A stretch of DNA of 39,516 bases from contig JBHHTW010000019.1 of the NCBI GenBank assembly GCA_046861385.1, positions 1 through 39,516 on the forward strand, in the 5' to 3' direction. The notes under the pieces were generated by a model that saw only the letters and a list, made by a program, of their open reading frames with translations, searched no databases and had not been told where the DNA came from. The position numbers and the translations under genes are program-made. Origin of the DNA: Fidelibacterota bacterium. Lineage in GTDB: Bacteria; Fidelibacterota; Marinisomatia; Marinisomatales; TCS55. Of the stretch, positions 37,129 through 39,516 are shown one piece after another (the stretch's first letter is position 1; every line of letters starts with the position of its first letter).

Positions 37129-37982
37129 TGAAAAATACTATAAAACTGATAAGCGTCTTTTTACTGAGTGGACTGTTGTTTAACGGATGTTCCAAAGGTA
37201 ATAAAGGCAATAACTATATTACTATCAAAGGTTCCGATACCATGGTGCATTTGGCCAGTAATTGGGCGGAAGCTTATATGAAAACTCATCCCGCTGTAAA
37301 TATTTCCGTTACCGGCGGTGGATCAGGCACCGGCATTGCCGCTTTACTGAATGGAACCACCGATATTTGCATTGCTTCGCGAAAGATTAAGAGCAAGGAA
37401 CTCGAACTGGCGAAAGAAAAAGGTCTGCAACCTGATGAAATCATCACCGCCCGTGATGGAATTGCGGTTGTGGTCAATCCCGGGAATCCGATAACATCTC
37501 TGACCATTGAGCAAATTGGTAAAATTTACACTGGCGCCTACACTAACTGGACACAGGTGAGTGGACCGGATAAACCAATTATTGTTCTTTCCCGGGAATC
37601 AAGTTCCGGAACCTATGTCTTTTTCCAAAAGCGGGTGATGAACAAGAAAGATTATACCCGTAATGCCATGCTGATGCCGTCAACATCAGCTATTGTTCAG
37701 TCCGTAGCGCAGGATGAATGGGCGATTGGTTATGTGGGTCTTGGTTATGCCCTGGGAGCCGGCGCTATAGTAAAAATGCTTGCAGTGAAGGAGGCGATAG
37801 ATTCGCAGGCCATAATACCAGCGGTGGAAACAGTTCAGTCTGGCGCCTATGCAATTGCCCGGCCATTACATTTTTATACCGATGGTGTAGCTACCGGTAC
37901 TGCGAAAAATTTTGTGGATTTTGTACTTTCCGGTGAAGGACAGAAGATTGTATTGGAAACGGGATATGTTCCGGTGAACTAA
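37125..37982 (+). CDS. pstS: Phosphate ABC transporter substrate-binding lipoprotein
   Basis: Lipobox FNGC, KGSDTM, GGGSGTG, ASR, RESSSGT, IGYVG, ARPL. Confidence 0.95.
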   Translation: MMKNTIKLISVFLLSGLLFNGCSKGNKGNNYITIKGSDTMVHLASNWAEAYMKTHPAVNISVTGGGSGTGIAALLNGTTDICIASRKIKSKELELAKEKGLQPDEIITARDGIAVVVNPGNPITSLTIEQIGKIYTGAYTNWTQVSGPDKPIIVLSRESSSGTYVFFQKRVMNKKDYTRNAMLMPSTSAIVQSVAQDEWAIGYVGLGYALGAGAIVKMLAVKEAIDSQAIIPAVETVQSGAYAIARPLHFYTDGVATGTAKNFVDFVLSGEGQKIVLETGYVPVN

Positions 37983-37983
37983 T

Positions 37984-38853
37984 TTGAAAAACTGGAAAGA
38001 GAAGTCTATTGAAGTCATACTGGTAGGTTCTGCTTCTACTAGTATTTTTGTTGTTTTTCTGATCTTCCTGTTTCTTGGAAAGGAAGCATTTCCTTTCATC
38101 TCCGAACCGGGATTAGGAACCTTGCTGAAAAATAGTTGGATTCCCGTATCTTTCAAGCAGGAAGTATTTGGTATTATCCCGTTGATTACCGGTTCGTTTC
38201 TGGTGACTGCTTTGGCGACAATCCTGATGATTCCTTTTGGTGTATTGGGCGCTGTGTATATTGCCGAGATTGCAGCCCGGTGGGAACGGGCATTCCTTAA
38301 ACCATTCATTGAGATTTTAGCAGGGATACCTTCGGTGATAATTGGTTTCTTCGGTTTGGTGATATTAAGTCCGCTCATCAAAGGAATATTCCATCTGAAC
38401 ACCGGGTTAACGGCTCTTTCGGGCGCCATATTATTGGCGCTGATGGCGATTCCAACGGTTATCTCAATTTCCGAAGACGCTATCCGTAGTGTACCGCGAG
38501 CTTACAAAGAAGCCTCTCTGGCATTAGGAGCCGGAAGGCTCCAAACCATCTTCAAAGTCATTGTACCGGCTGCCCTTCCCGGGATCATTGCCGCCATTAT
38601 GTTGGGGATAGGTCGTGTGGTGGGAGAGACGATGGTGGTCCTGATGGTAACGGGAAATGCTGCTAAAATTACTTTTAATCCGGTTGCATCCGTTCGAACG
38701 ATGACAGCTACCATCGCCGCCGAAATGGGTGAAGTGGCATTCGGTAGTCAGCATTACCAGGCACTGTTCTGGGTGGGAATTGTGTTGCTGGTGATTACCT
38801 TCGGTTTAAATTTTCTGGCGCAGAGAGTATTGCAACGCTACCGAATGGGATGA
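37984..38853 (+). CDS. pstC: Phosphate ABC transporter permease
   Basis: LAGIPSV..GFFG, EASLALGA, GRVVGETM, TMTATIAAEMGE; TTG start. Confidence 0.93.
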   Translation: MKNWKEKSIEVILVGSASTSIFVVFLIFLFLGKEAFPFISEPGLGTLLKNSWIPVSFKQEVFGIIPLITGSFLVTALATILMIPFGVLGAVYIAEIAARWERAFLKPFIEILAGIPSVIIGFFGLVILSPLIKGIFHLNTGLTALSGAILLALMAIPTVISISEDAIRSVPRAYKEASLALGAGRLQTIFKVIVPAALPGIIAAIMLGIGRVVGETMVVLMVTGNAAKITFNPVASVRTMTATIAAEMGEVAFGSQHYQALFWVGIVLLVITFGLNFLAQRVLQRYRMG

Positions 38854-39516
38854 TAAACAAAAAAGTAACAGAATATTTCGTAATGGGTTTAATCCGGTTA
38901 GCGACCTATATAGTAGTTGCAATCGTTGGCTATATAATTTTTGATATTATGATTCAAGGTCTGCCAACTTTGAGTTGGGAATTTATCAGCGGGTTTCCCC
39001 GTCGCAGCGGAGCAGAGGGCGGAATTCTACCGGCAATTGTAGGAACCGCCTGCATAGTGGCCGGCGCCATAGCCGTTGCTCTGCCACTGGGGATGGCCAG
39101 CGCCATCTATCTGACCGAATATGCTAAACAAGGACGATTCACACGAATGATCCGGCTTGCTATTAGTACCCTGGCCGGCGTGCCGTCGATAGTCTTCGGA
39201 TTATTCGGATTAGGTTTATTCGTTTTGTTTTTTGGATTCGGCGCTTCCATTCTGTCCGGTAGTTTGACCCTGGCATTTATGATTCTGCCGACTATTATCG
39301 TTTCCAGCGAAGAAGCCTTAAGAGTGGTACCTATGGCTTTACGGGAAGGTAGTCTGGCTTTGGGCGCCGGTAAATGGCAAACCATAACCAGGAATGTGCT
39401 GCCTTATGCACTTCCGGGAATGTTCACCGGTTCGATTCTTGGCGTTGGGCGCGCTGCCGGAGAAACAGCTCCAATCCTGTTGACCGTTGCTGCATTTTAT
39501 TTACCGAGACTACCGC
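38850..39516 (+). CDS. pstA: Phosphate ABC transporter permease, truncated at the window end (absent from the ORF track)
   Basis: ATG 38850 overlaps the pstC stop. Manual translation: MINKKVTEYF..LSWEFISGFP..GGILPAIVGT..YLTEY..LAGVPSIVFGLFG..GRAAGETAP. Confidence 0.93.
   Translation, partial: MINKKVTEYFVMGLIRLATYIVVAIVGYIIFDIMIQGLPTLSWEFISGFPRRSGAEGGILPAIVGTACIVAGAIAVALPLGMASAIYLTEYAKQGRFTRMIRLAISTLAGVPSIVFGLFGLGLFVLFFGFGASILSGSLTLAFMILPTIIVSSEEALRVVPMALREGSLALGAGKWQTITRNVLPYALPGMFTGSILGVGRAAGETAPILLTVAAFYLPRLP

Noticed and set aside
1-39516. CRISPR arrays, tRNA/rRNA genes (including tRNA-Sec), transposases or integrases
   Set aside because: None seen. The Sec machinery needed for the UxxU call would have to be encoded outside this window.

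Overview
A bacterial window in standard genetic code 11 with every credible gene on the + strand. The FlgD-Ig/'YPNPFN' sorting domain, TolC/TonB systems and signal peptides followed by Gln suggest a diderm FCB-group organism (inference only). In order: an isochorismatase-family hydrolase; a Cu/Ag resistance operon (Cys-rich leader ORF, TolC, CusB, CusA, half-size GDT1, YHS-type CopA); an unrelated cluster (decayed FG-GAP/FlgD-Ig protein, beta-barrel, secreted Cys protein, PqqD/RRE, ATP-grasp ligase, LysA-like PLP decarboxylase, urea-transporter/M23 fusion); a Czc-type operon (second Cys/His leader ORF, czcCBA, PII-like, CDF); an M14-like hydrolase and an orphan CcmC-like gene; a CadC-type operon (MerT-HMA, CopZ-N-like Fe-S protein, CadC-like repressor, outer-membrane barrel); and a Pho block (phoB, phoR, TonB receptor, lipoprotein, mgsA, pstS, pstC, partial pstA). 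Four main observations. (1) The barrel gene at 28378-29337 appears to be a missed secreted selenoprotein, with two in-frame TGAs forming a UxxU motif and an fdhF-like SECIS hairpin. (2) Both RND operons begin with an exported metal-ligand-rich leader ORF whose stop codon is followed 1 nt later by an anti-SD stem. (3) The PqqD cluster has no clear precursor peptide, but its decarboxylase carries a lasso-leader-like YxxP N-terminus. (4) A Pho-box-like CTAAY repeat with an 11-bp period lies upstream of three Pho loci.
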